DNA of 55,763 bases, counting the filler, from Catajapyx aquilonaris (lineage: Eukaryota): NCBI GenBank assembly GCA_000934665.2. It is 2 parts of 2 records of this genome, joined end to end, with 100 filler letters (N's around TTAATTAATTAA, not from the genome) between each part and the next. Parts side by side here need not be neighbours in the genome. Positions count along the whole stretch, not along the records: positions 27,909 to 55,763 come from KZ539263.1; 1 more part is not named here. One strand, written 5' to 3'. Below the pieces are notes generated by a model. That model worked only from the letters and a program-made list of their open reading frames with translations. It made no database searches and was not told the DNA's origin. The position numbers and the translations under genes were made by a program. Below are positions 37,014-49,200 of the stretch, one piece after another; the first letter of the stretch is position 1; each line of letters opens with the position of its first letter.

Positions 37014-37490
37014 TATACGGTACTTCAAAACTGGACTGTCATTATGGTAGTAATACAAATGATGAAAAAGAGAAAGACTGTAACATTGATAAAATTGAAA
37101 ATACTACTGTTTCATAGTTCAAAGGTAAATGTGATTTGTCAGGCATGGGGTGGGCACTGTCTGGAAAGCAGGAGCAGAAGGGGGGGGGGGGGGGGGGGNN
37201 NNNNNNNNNNNNNNNNNNNNNNNNNNNNNGAGAGTTGGTTTATTTTGACTTACTTCATGTCATCTACATCTGCCTGTATTTTTATTCTATGTGAGATGTA
37301 TTTTTGGTTAATTATTTCCCACAGATTCCTTCATTTGACATTTGCACATTGTTTATTAATATGCTCTAATTCCGATTATTCCAAATAATTATAAATTATG
37401 CCGCCTGTAAAAGACCAAACTCTTCTGACATTAAACTGCGATCATTATGCCTTCGTGAGGATCCCCATCAACAAGTAATTAAAGGGTTGG

Positions 37491-37495
<5 letters not shown>

Positions 37496-37578
<83 letters not shown>
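37496..37578. repeat. (CAT)n microsatellite
   Basis: About 27 perfect CAT units. Confidence 0.97.
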
Positions 37579-37579
<1 letters not shown>

Positions 37580-38061
37580 TATATCCTTCTCTGCACTAGC
37601 TTAAAAGACAAAATCTCTATATGACTGTGTGGATGTTTTCACATAGTTAGGGGTAACAAATTAGCACTCCCTCTAATGCTCTCACTGGACCATGTGGGGC
37701 AGATGGAGTCTGTTCTACCAGTATGACCTTCAACTGCGCAGAACAGTAAAGCAAGTTGGCTAGTTATGAGGATGAATTGTTAATATCATTTTTCTTTTAA
37801 AAATGTGGCAGTGCTGTCTTCCAAAACACCACTGAAATAATGAATTAGATTAGAGGAACCCACGCTGAATTCAGTTTCACTCGATGGTAATTTAATTTTT
37901 CTCTGCAAAAATCGCCCATGTTGGCTCTGAGGTTTCCACATATTAAAGAGTATGTTTCCATAGACATTACTGACCACTAGCTAGACCATGGTAGAAGTTG
38001 ATAATAAGCTTCTTTTCATAAGCCTTATATGCACTGCGCAAAACTTTCCCAAATTCCAAGG

Positions 38062-38320
38062 AGGGCAGCGTGGTGGTGTAGTGGCTATACTGTCACAACC
38101 CTCCACCTCTGAGGTCTCTTGCTTGATCCACAGGTTGGACAGAGGACATTTCCTCGTGTGAAAATGGTTTTGAGATGTTCTTTCTGGATTTGCATAGGTA
38201 TTCTCAGGGTTCTCCCATTTCCCCCAACTGTCCAAAAATTGCCCTCCCCTACGCCATATAGCCTTGGTTGCTTTGCTTCTCCCCAACCTAACCAAGCAAA
38301 GTACAGGGGAGCCCAGGGGT
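38062..38320 (+). mobile_element. Old, diverged copy of SINE family A
   Basis: gggcagcgtggtggtgtagtgg...ccctccacctctgaggtc...ttgatcc...ggacagagga...ttctcagggttctcccatttccccca. Confidence 0.65.
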
Positions 38321-38394
38321 GTTTCAAAAGTAAATAATTTATATCACTGCACTCAAAAGCCTCCTCTCTTCCATGACCAGTACTTCTGCCCTAC

Positions 38395-38742
38395 AGGGAG
38401 ACGGAGTGGCGCTGTGATAACGTATGTGCCAACGGATGTTAAGGTCTCGGGTTCGATCCCAGCCCGGGGTTCCCCCCTTCATCTCGTGCAGAGTTGGGCC
38501 ATCTCTGGCTTCGTCTCGGGTGGAATTCCTTAGAGCTTAGACTAATCCACCCCGGGGGAGTTCACAAAATGACATTAGCAACAACATTGCACTGCACTTT
38601 CCACATCCCCTCTTGTCATCCTGTCTGTGGGCCCGGGCGTTTCCCAAGTGGTTCCAAATATGTACATACATGTAATGTACAATTGAATAATAATAAAGGT
38701 CCGTGCGAAGATACCGATAAGGTGAAAAGCATTACCCCTACA

Positions 38743-38801
<59 letters not shown>
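38395..38801 (+). mobile_element. tRNA-derived SINE, family B, with a long (ATT)n tail
   Basis: Homologous to 12861-13213; box B GGTTCGATCC; perfect 14-bp TSD tacttctgccctac (38381-38394 and 38802-38815). Confidence 0.9.
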
Positions 38802-39150
38802 TACTTCTGCCCTACTGAAAAAATGCATGGCTGCATAAGGTTATAAAGTCACGTTTTCACGTCACGCAATAAATGAAAACACGACCTGATCACAATGTGC
38901 AGAGGCAACTATTTTTCCCCAGTAAGCTGGAAGAATAGGTTAAAATGAAAATGGGGTGGGGAGACCAATATACATCTATGGTTAAGTCTTTGTATAAAGA
39001 ACATGCAACCTTATAAGGGAGTTCTGACCCACTGTCTTACCTAAATTCCACCTTCCCACCCTAACCCACACATAATAACTCCATTGACAGCACATATGCA
39101 AAGACATTGAGTTGCCATAGCTTGCATATTATAATTTCCGAGGTATCTAA

Positions 39151-39460
39151 TATAGGCGGCCTGTCCTAACTTCGACCCTACGTCATCACTTTGTTTACCG
39201 TCTCCTAGTCAACGGAAATCTGCCGAACACAACCCTGGAACCTCTCACTTTTCAAGTTTCCATGGAAATGCCCTCATACAAAATAGGAGTAAACAGTGTT
39301 CTCTTTGTTGACACTGTTTATTGATATTGTTGCATGAGGGCATCTCCATGGAAACTTGAAAAGTGAGAGGTTCCAGGGTTGTGTTCGGCAGATTTCCGTT
39401 GACTAGGAGACAGTAAACAAAATGATGACGTAGGGTCGAAGTTAGGACGGGCCACCTATA
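39151..39460. mobile_element. Fold-back MITE; core shared with 35532-35853
   Basis: TATAGGCGGCCTGTCCTAACTTCGACCCTACGTCATCA ... TGATGACGTAGGGTCGAAGTTAGGACGGGCCACCTATA, with ~150-bp arms. Confidence 0.9.
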
Positions 39461-41087
39461 CCAAAGGTGCTGGGTCATCCCTGCCTTATAAGGTTGGGTA
39501 ACCTACTAGGTAATACACTCATTACACAACTGTAGGCCTGGTATAATAATATTCATATAGCCTTAGTTACCGTGGCATCTTCCCACTCAATCAATGAGCA
39601 TGTGATATGACATAAATTTTTGTTTTGTTCGTTATACCCCATGATAGACCCAGTGGCTCTCTTAGGGGGGTGGGATACCACCATTTTTTCTCAGATATTT
39701 TCCATTAACTTCAAACTCTGGTGCAGAGAAATCAGGGAAATAGGGTAAGGATAGGGATTTTTGGGGAGGGAACGTAGGTGCAAGTGCAATGTCATTAAAT
39801 GGGCCGTGTGCTGTTCACCAGAAGGTTAGGTTGCCAGACACCTCCAAGGTGTGGGTCAGAGACCCTCCTGACGCAGGCAAAATGGAAATCCCGGGTGGGG
39901 ATGGAACCTGGGACCTTCCGCTCAGCAAGCTGAGACGTTACCATCTCGGCCACAGCACCTCCCGATGTGACATAATCTTGTTAAGGTTAAAAACTATATG
40001 CAGCCAATAAATTTAATTATATTTTTGTCATCTCTTTCCTAATCTACAAGCAAATGTTAGTGCTGTGTATTCAGTAGTCACCTTGAAGTTTCTGACTTTT
40101 GAATCAAAAAGTGATATGCGCTGTTTTTTATACTTGCATATTTCCTGTTTTTGTGGGCAACAGGTTTTACCTTGTGAACAAAAATCACATAGATCAAAGG
40201 GAATGCCGTGATTTACCTCTCAACCATGTTATTTCACTTGCTGTTCAATTCTGAAACCATGGGCTGTTTTTGCAGAATACCTGCATTTTAAAACCCCCAA
40301 AACTTCTTTGTCTTACTCTTGGAATGCCAGTCCCCAGTAAAAGCTTAATATGTGATTGTTTCATGACAGTTTTCATGAGCAATTCTTCACTCATTCTACT
40401 TGCAGTCCCATAAATACACAGGGCCTTTCACTCCTTTGCACATGTATCCAGACATACTTGCACATGCCTGCAAATGTGACTCACACCATGCCCTTAGAGG
40501 AAGAAACAAAAATTAACCGTACAAGACTGAGCAGTATCTATGAGGATCATTCCATATCAATTCAGCAAAACCTGACTCAACTAGTAGTTGCTTGATACTG
40601 GAGACATGAAGTTTTAAAGTAATGGCTCATTTCAGGAAAGAGCATGGAAAGGAACAACTGCATATCTTTTTACAAAATAAACTGAATGACATTATCAAAC
40701 ATTTAAAATGTGTAGTTTTAATAATGTGATTTCCCAATTTTAATATCCTTATACGTCTCTTACCATATACTGACATGTTTTGAATGCAATGTATTTTTGT
40801 GTACAGAGAGGTCACCAGCATGATCACACTGCTCTATGCAGTGCCGGATTTACCCCCTTGGTTGCCCTAGGCAGTTGATATCAACTGCTTCNNNNNNNCC
40901 CCCCCCCCCCCTCCAACATTTCATGTCATTTTATTTTATTTAAAGATTTATATTTCAACTTATGGCCACCCCCTGAGGGCAGCCTCCCTTAGGCTTTTCT
41001 GTACTTTTCTGCCTAGTGGCAAATCCGCCGCTGGGAATCCCCGGGCAAAAATTTGGAATTTTGAAATGATTTTGCCTTTATTTCCTA

Positions 41088-41426
41088 CTAGCTACGGCAC
41101 CCGGCGTTGCCCGGGAAGAAATGAATGAAGGGAAAACACCTGCCAGTACCCCCGTCAACTGTCTGTCTTTCTGTGTGTCTGGCCACCAATGCCATCTGTG
41201 GTCCTGCTACTCCAACACCTTGAACCTCTCCCGCCTGTATAACGGCAACCGTCATTTGCCTGCCATATCTGTCATCAACTCCCAACACCTCCATCCTCTC
41301 CCGGCCTGGGGGTGGAGCACAGATGGCAGGCAAATGACGGTTGGCAGGCGGACAGACAGGCAGACAGAGACAGACAGACAGACTCACAAACGGCTTTATT
41401 TATATCGAAGAAGAAGATATAGAAGA
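41088..41426 (-). mobile_element. Non-autonomous mini-Helitron
   Basis: Minus strand A|TC...ATATAAATAAAGCCG, (GTCT)n, 3' hairpin CCCGGGCAACGCCGGG + CTAG|T; same family as 52284-52584. Confidence 0.85.
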
Positions 41427-41505
41427 TTATTGTAGCCTATTTGAAAAATATTTATTGCAACTGGCGACCGCCTCTAGGCAATTGTCTATTCTGCCTAATT
41501 GAGAA

Positions 41506-41767
41506 GGGCGACACGGTGGTGGAGTGGTTAGCACCGCAGCCTTCCACCTCTAAGGTCCCGAGTTCGATCCCCGGGTCGGACAGAGGATACTTATGTGGAT
41601 AGAGTTTCGATGGGTTCTCTCCGTGTTCGCGTGGGTTGTCTTGGGGTTCTCCCGTTTCCTCCCGCAATCAAAATCCATCATAGCAAAGGCAATGATTAAA
41701 GACGGTTATTCAGAAGATGATCCCCTAAGAGGCCCAAGGAGGCCTATCACGGGGTATCCATTATTAT
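41506..41767 (+). mobile_element. tRNA-derived SINE, family A, copy 3
   Basis: Nearly identical to 31796-32058; flanking repeat tctgcctaat on both sides. Confidence 0.9.
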
Positions 41768-42428
41768 ATACTCTGCCTAATGGTAAATCTGGCGCTGCTT
41801 CCAGTTGCGTAGTTACTTATTATTTATTCTTTGTTTACTTTTTTTTTGCATGCCTAAATTTCCCGCCCCTTGAAATCTGCCACCCTAGGCAATTGCCTAG
41901 GTTGCCTTGCCGTAAATCCGGCACTGGCTCTATGTGCAAATAAGAAAAGAGAAGTGCAGTTTTTACTCAAAATTTGCCAGAGACAGAATGGTAAATTCTG
42001 AAACACATGGCACATTATTATTACTAATGATTTTCCACTTGCTTCTATTACTCAGTAGCAGAACTATAAATGACCAACCCACATAATATAATTATGTAGA
42101 TGTAGCTAGAAATATTCCATTGAAAAATCCTCCTCAGGTGGTTGAGCAACCAATGCAACTGAACTGACATGGAATGACCCAAAATTCTTCCTCCACTAAT
42201 TTTAATTCTTATTTCTATGTAATGCTACATCCTCAGTGTGTGACCTAAATGTTGGAGGCAACAGGTCATGAAAACTTGGTGTAGAATTCCCCCTCCACCA
42301 CTGGATTTGGACCAGGGTGAGATTCTCTGGGATGAGGGAAGAGGCCAAGCATAAACAGGGTCACTATCAGGGCCTCCTCTTGGTAGCTGTGGTCTTTGCT
42401 ACTCCGATGGCGGTAAGTTCCACTGTTG

Positions 42429-45400
42429 TCAAAGGTACTGATTCTTCACCTCAACTAGAGCTGAACCAGCCCGACCACTCGAAAGTGGTGCCATCTGATA
42501 GGATGCAAGGCATTAAGAATTATATTGTAATATAGGGGGTATGAGAAGCTGGCACTATGCCAACAACATATAAATAATAATTTAACAGAAATACTGCATT
42601 CCCCCTCTGCTGCAACTTACCTGCACCCACTCATTGGTCTGTGGGTCATATGCCTCCACTGTCGTCATATATTGCTGCCCATCATATCCCCCAACTGCAA
42701 ACAGCCTGTCTCCAAGGAGGCAGACCCCAATAGCATCTCTTCCAACTGCCATTGAGGTGACCATGGTCCACGTGTCTGTCTTTGGATCATAACGCTCAAC
42801 ACAGTCAAACCTGGAGGCAGAGGGGTTGCAGGCTGGGGCATCATGGCCACCCAGAGCATAGAGGTATCCATTCAACACCCCAACACCAACCCCTCCTCTG
42901 CGCTTTGACATAGGAGCACACATAGTCCACTTGTTAGTGTGAGGATCATAGCTCTCCACAGTGCGAAGGCAAGAGCTGCCATCACGACCACCCACTGCAT
43001 ACAGCCTATAGAAAAAAAAAGCATCGACTGTGATATCTGTTGCTCCAGTGTACTAAGTCACTCACTTGTTGTTAAGAACAGCCACTCCAACAGTAGACCT
43101 TTGTGTGCACATGGGTGCTACATAGCTCCATTGCCTGGCCTGGGCATCCCAACGCTCAACAGTATTGAGATAGCTCCAACCATCATGACCACCAACTGCA
43201 TAGAGAGGACCCTCCAGGATTCCCACACCTGACAAAAGATCACATTTTTACAATCCAATTATAAACACTTCCTTCTGCTCATTGCACAGTAATTGTAAAA
43301 AGTACATTCCAGTGTAATGATGATTTAAGTGTCATAATTTTTCTTCTCAGGTGATTCCAGCTCAATTTAGCCTTCTAATTTTTTTAGCAAAATAGCAAGT
43401 GGGATAAATGAGAAAGCATGCCTATCATGCATGGATATACAGTATGTGCATTATATCCCACTTAAGGGCGGTATCCACTGCTCAATTTCAAGGGGTTTCA
43501 ACCCCTTGAATTCAATGGGTTGAATCCCGCAAGCTGTATCGACACACGGGGGGAAAGAAGGCCTTGAACGGCCTTGATCCCGTCATCATAGACGTGTCTT
43601 CCAGACTCCAACCACACCCCGCCATGTTGGGAACCTAGAGACGCGAGAGGGAAGTGCTGCCTAGGAGGGCCGGGAGGGAATGACGCCGGTCAAAAGAGCC
43701 AGCAGTGTTTTAACGTTCCATAGCTGAGCAACGGTGGCCAATCACGCGTGTGAGAAAAAACCAGCGCATGCGCAGTTGAGAGAGGCTGGTGTATGTGAGC
43801 CACCTCTCAATTTCAACCCCGCTCAACCCTTGAGGGAAAGTAGGACCGTCCTCTATTTGGTTCAAGCCCAGCTTTCAAGGCTTTCAAGGGGTTGATTCAA
43901 GGGGTTTAACGGGTTGAAAGCCTTGAAATTGAGCAGTGGATACCGCCCTTTAGAATCCTTTTGGTAGCCAGTCATAACAAGTACATGATGCCTTCCTCAC
44001 CTAAGCCATGGCGGTGTGTGGACATGGGCGGTAGCATGGTCCAGGTCTTAGTTTTGATGTCAAAACATTCCACTGTGTTGAGGGTCTTAAGTCCATCCCT
44101 GCCTCCCACAATGTACAACTTCCCATTAGCCACAGCTGCTCCAAACTGGAGCCTCCTCCCACTCATGTTGACAACATGGCTCCACATATTTTTGCGCGGG
44201 TCATATTTCAAGATGGAGTTAGCTCCCTTGTTGGCATCCATTCCACCAACTGCCAACAAAGCTCCCACAGTGGATTTCCTGGGCCTAGTCCGGTTTGACT
44301 GCAGCATCGTACGTCGTTCTGGCAATAGGTGGTATTTGAGGGCTTCCATTATAAGCTCCTGGCATAATCGGTCCTCCTTGAACATTGGGTTTGTCTCGAT
44401 GTTGTCTGCTATAAACTAACAAAGAAAAGGTGGCACAGGATTAACTCAAGGTTCAAGAAGGTGCATTTAGAGTTGGACTATTGAAAGGTGATAGAGATCA
44501 ACAGTAAATAATTGCCACACACATAAGACATGATATATTCACAAGTTATGAATTGCAAGTCTGAACATTTTACAGATTGACAATAATTGCTCTCCTGACC
44601 ATCCCATCAAATAGTCTCACCAGATCCCCCTTAACATCTTTGGATATTATTAAGTGAATTCAGACAGGTGGTAGGTACATCTAAGCAGTCTTCGGTTTTT
44701 TATCCCTCAAATCTTGTAAACATATCCTACCAATAAAATTATTTTCCAAGTCAAATTATACATATCCCCTCTCCCACTCCTCTCCATGAGGGGGTCACCA
44801 ACAGATACAACTGTTGCCATAAGTTCTAAAAAATTTAACATGTAAAAAAGAACAAATTCAAAAGATTATCCTTCTACTGTGCCTGGTGGAATGCCTCTCT
44901 ACACCCACTGTAGATAAGCCTAATGGGTACTGTTCCACTGCATCCCAAACTGGCACATCCATCCAGATCACCCTGTGACACATACTTGTATGTTGAATAT
45001 TCTTCCCTCCCTATCACATGAATAACAACATGCCTGAAAGTTTTTTTAATGCTAAACCCCTCCCAAATGAACAAAGTACAGGGTGTTTCATAATGAGTCA
45101 AACTTCTAGTGAACTTCAGGGAGCAGAGGATCACTTGCTATCCAAGTGTGATTTGTTCTCTGCAGCCTCATTACAGAGTTAATTTGCATTAACCCTTAGT
45201 TCCCTGGATGTGCATTATAGTTCAAGTTAAGACATCAAGCTGGCTTTGTTATTGCTATTTGATGTCCAGTTGAGCCACAATAATTGCAGATGATCTGCTG
45301 CAACCAAATGCATACTGAACTGTGCCTAGAAAGAACCTCCCGGAGTATGAGGTGGTGAGGTGGGAACAGGAGGCTGCCTTGGCCAAGAAGGCCTGCCACA

Positions 45401-46189
45401 GATGTGTGGGAACTGTGTCTGCAGGAGCCAGTGGAGCACCATGAACCAGTGCCATTGGTGGAGCTTCCCTGTCGCTTCCTCCTCCTCCAAGGTACCTTCC
45501 ATCTGCTCCCAGCTGCTTCTACCCCTTTTGGCGATGCCCCATAACTGGATCACAGTTGAGATCTTAGACCATATATACCAGTAGACGCTCCCCTCCCGTT
45601 TACGAGCAAGCCCAGAAGTGAAACCCCCCACTCTGAGGGGGGATCACGTGACTTAGGGCAAAAGGGAGGCGGGAAGGCGAAATTAACATGGCGCCTTATG
45701 GGGATTCCGACTATCTTTGCACCGTCACTGTCAGGCGCCTATTGGGACTAAAAATATGCAATGCATACCAAATGATAGCTCCACTCATGCCCCGTCTCAT
45801 GCCGTGCATCTCCATCCGAGAGGTTGAGCGGGGAAGGACATAAAAAATCCTACACTTTGTCATTGTTTCTCGCCGGAAGTGCAGTTTGTGTCACTACATC
45901 ACTCAAACAACCACATTAAAATGATCCAAATTTTAATATGTTGTATAGACAATCTTCCTGTGCATATTTCACCAACTCGGGGTCGATTATAGAGGTTGAT
46001 TTAATTATTCGAAAATAAAAAAGTGATATCGGAACTTAGGGCAGCTTCAGTTAGGTACTGATTGATCAAAGTCTGTGCAAAACATATAATAATAATAATA
46101 ACAATAACAATAATAATAATATTAATAATAATAATAGCAGCAGCAGCAGCAGCAGCAGCAATAGTAGCAGTAATAATAATAATTGTGCC

Positions 46190-46257
<68 letters not shown>

Positions 46258-49200
46258 GTTTTGCACAGACTTTGATCAATCAGTACCTAACTGAAGCTGC
46301 CCTAAGTTCCGATATCACTTTTTTATTTTCGAATAATTAAATCAACCTCTATAATCGACCCCGAGTTGGTGAAATATGCAGAGGAAGATTGTCTGTACAA
46401 CATATTAAAATTTGGATCATTTTAATGTGGTTGTTTGAGTGATGTAGTGACACAAACTGCACTTCCGGCGAGAAACAATGACAAAGTGTAGGATTTTTTA
46501 TGTCCTTCCCCGCTCAACCTCTCGGATGGAGATGCACGGCATGAGACGGGGCATGAGTGGAGCTATCATTTGGTATCCATTGCATATTTTTAGTCCCAAT
46601 AGGCGCCTGCCAGTGACGGCGCAAAGATAGTCGGAATCCCCATAAGGCGCCATGTTAATTTCGCCTTCCCGCCTCCCTTTTGCCCTAAGTCACGTGATCC
46701 CCCCCTCAAAACGGCAGGTTTCACTTTTGAGAGGGAGAGGGAGCGTCTACTGGTACATATGGTCTAAGGTTGAGATAACCAATGGCAGCTGAGCCTTCTG
46801 GCGGCAGCAGCAGGATAGTCAAGCAGGAGATGGTCAAAGAAAGGATTGGGTTCAATCTGCAGCTAAGGCTCATTGAATGCAGAAACACATTACAAGGGCC
46901 AGTTGGGAAATAAGTTTCGCTATGCTACGGTTTCGATGCCATGCGACGGACGAGCATGGGCAGGTACTTTGATCCTTCCCCTATTTTATAGGATGGGTAG
47001 GCACCTTCTTGCAACTTCTGTGCAGGCACAGCAGCCGTCGGAAAAGACCAAGTGGCAAGCCAACATGCCCGCCCACATTCCACCAGGAAAAGTCATGCCA
47101 GACAGAGAGTGTTGGTCACATGAACTAAGGAATATGTGAGGACAGATGTTTGTTACCAGTGGTCAACATATGACAATCATTTCTGGCTAATGGAGTGTAT
47201 GTTCCCGAGATGTCATGTCTGAGGAAATGGTGCGGCGATATGGTGCCAGCAATTTTGGAATAAGCTCGTGAGCGTGAAGGACAGCCAGAGACCCGGACTA
47301 CCGGCCAAGGCAATTACCGATAGTGTCCTCAATTGTCCTAACTTCTGCCTTAGTCCATGTGACCAATACTGTCTGTCTGGCATGACTTTTCCTGGTGGAA
47401 TGTGGGCGGGCGTGGGCAGGCATGCTCGGCTCGCCACTCGGTCTCGTCCGATGGCTGCCGCGCTTGCGCACAATTTGCAAGAAGGTGCCTACCCATCCTA
47501 TGAAGTCGAGGAAGGATCAATATACCTGCCTATGTTCGTTTTTACCCTGTTCGTCGCATGGTGTCGAAACTGTAGCATCACGAAACCTATTTTCCGACTA
47601 GCCCTTGTATGATGCCTACACCATTTTGTTGTTTTGGTGTCTACCTGCAATAAAGTATGCAGCCAGTTCAAGAAGAGAGCTCATGTTTATTACCTGCTGT
47701 CATTTGATAAGTAATACATAAGTTTGCAATTATAATGCACACCAGGAAATATTAACAGTGCCAATTTAAAGGTCAAATAAGCATTCTCTAAGGTGCCACC
47801 TGAAGCAAAAAGATCTGGATAACCCGTCCATATCAATTTTTTGATTGGACACTACTGGAAAAAAAAGCATTGTACCCCATAAGCAGTGCCAAGCAGCCAG
47901 GCAAGTGGGCACGGGTGGAAGTGTGCATGAATCAACTCACACCCACTTGCCTGACCGCTTGGCATTGCTTGCGAGGGTACAAGGCTATTTTTTCCAGTAG
48001 TGTACATTTCAGTAAATCTCACTCTAAGAAATATTTGTTTAATGTCCCTTTAAAAACCAATACGTGGGCAAAATAAATGTTGCAGTGAAAATTTCTGGAG
48101 TTTAATCAGTGCCTGCAGAGATCATAATTATGTGCCAGTGCGTAGGACCAACAGTTCACTGATCTGAAGATGTTTAGTTGCTAATTGCACTTGATCTCTC
48201 TCAATGGCTGGGTCCACTCATGACATTTGGGTGCATGACTAATTCTTGTCTCTAATCTCGCAAGCCCATGATATTTGGCCTATCAATTTAAGGGCTTGAT
48301 ATTTATCATTCTAATACCTTGCTTGCTATAGCGGATTTGCTACAGGTTGCAACACAACCAAATTTTGCTCCCTAATGCTGCAGTCACCTTTCTACAACTC
48401 AAATGCTAAGGGTCATTCCTTAAAATATACCTGAGGTGGTAGAAGAGGCAGCTTAACAAGGCTGAGAAGGGGCCCAAGGTCCTTCTTCCGGTTTGGAAGA
48501 TCATGCTTGGCCCATGTGATCAGTGACTGGGGGTACAAAAACAAATATTAGCATAATTAATTATAATGACACTATGAAAAAAAAAAGGTGTTTGTTGTTC
48601 CCTTCAATATCTAACCTAGTTAATATCTCTCATTCAATCCTATGCCTGCATTCATTGGAATCCTCTCTCTCTCTCCCCCCCCCCCCCCCCCNNNNNNNNN
48701 NNCCCCCCCCCCCCCCCTGTCTCTCCATCTCTTGCATTGTTTGGATTATAAGTCAAAATATAAACATCTCTACCAACTTACATAGAAAATGACCTCCTCA
48801 TTTGGAACATTGAGGTCATCTGAACTGAGCAGTTTAGCCACCTCATCAGCTGGCAACAAGAGGAATTCCTGGTTGCGCATTACTTCCATGAAGTGCTCCA
48901 TCGTGTACCCATGTGCATACTTCTGTAACTCCAAGCAGCCCTGACTCTCTGCAAACAAGCTGATGCCAATGCAATTTGAGGGGTGGAGCTGCTTCACCAT
49001 GAAGTCACAACAAGCCTCAACTACTTCCGTGAGCTGAAGCAGGCAGGCAGCAGATAGGAGGGTCTCTACTGTCTCCTCCTTAAGTTCTACCTTCCCTGAA
49101 ATTGAGAGAATGGTCACTAACACAAACTACAGGTGCAGAAAAGTACAGGATGTGTGCACACACATGGCTACAGCCAATCCTTTTGCTAAAATATCTTTCA

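Larger units (their letters stand above)
40839..41926. mobile_element. hAT-type MITE (8-bp TSD) hosting a mini-Helitron and a SINE
   Basis: gctctatg|CAGTGCCGGATTTAC...GTAAATCCGGCACTG|gctctatg. Confidence 0.9.

Noticed and set aside
19089..42494. Functional link between eRF3 (termination factor) and the readthrough-like Kelch stop
   Set aside because: The two genes lie on different contigs joined by an artificial spacer, so their adjacency is meaningless.
46001..46340. Mirror-image poly-Ile ORFs (also 38494-38838)
   Set aside because: These are translations of (AAT)/(ATT) microsatellites inside a palindrome or a SINE tail.
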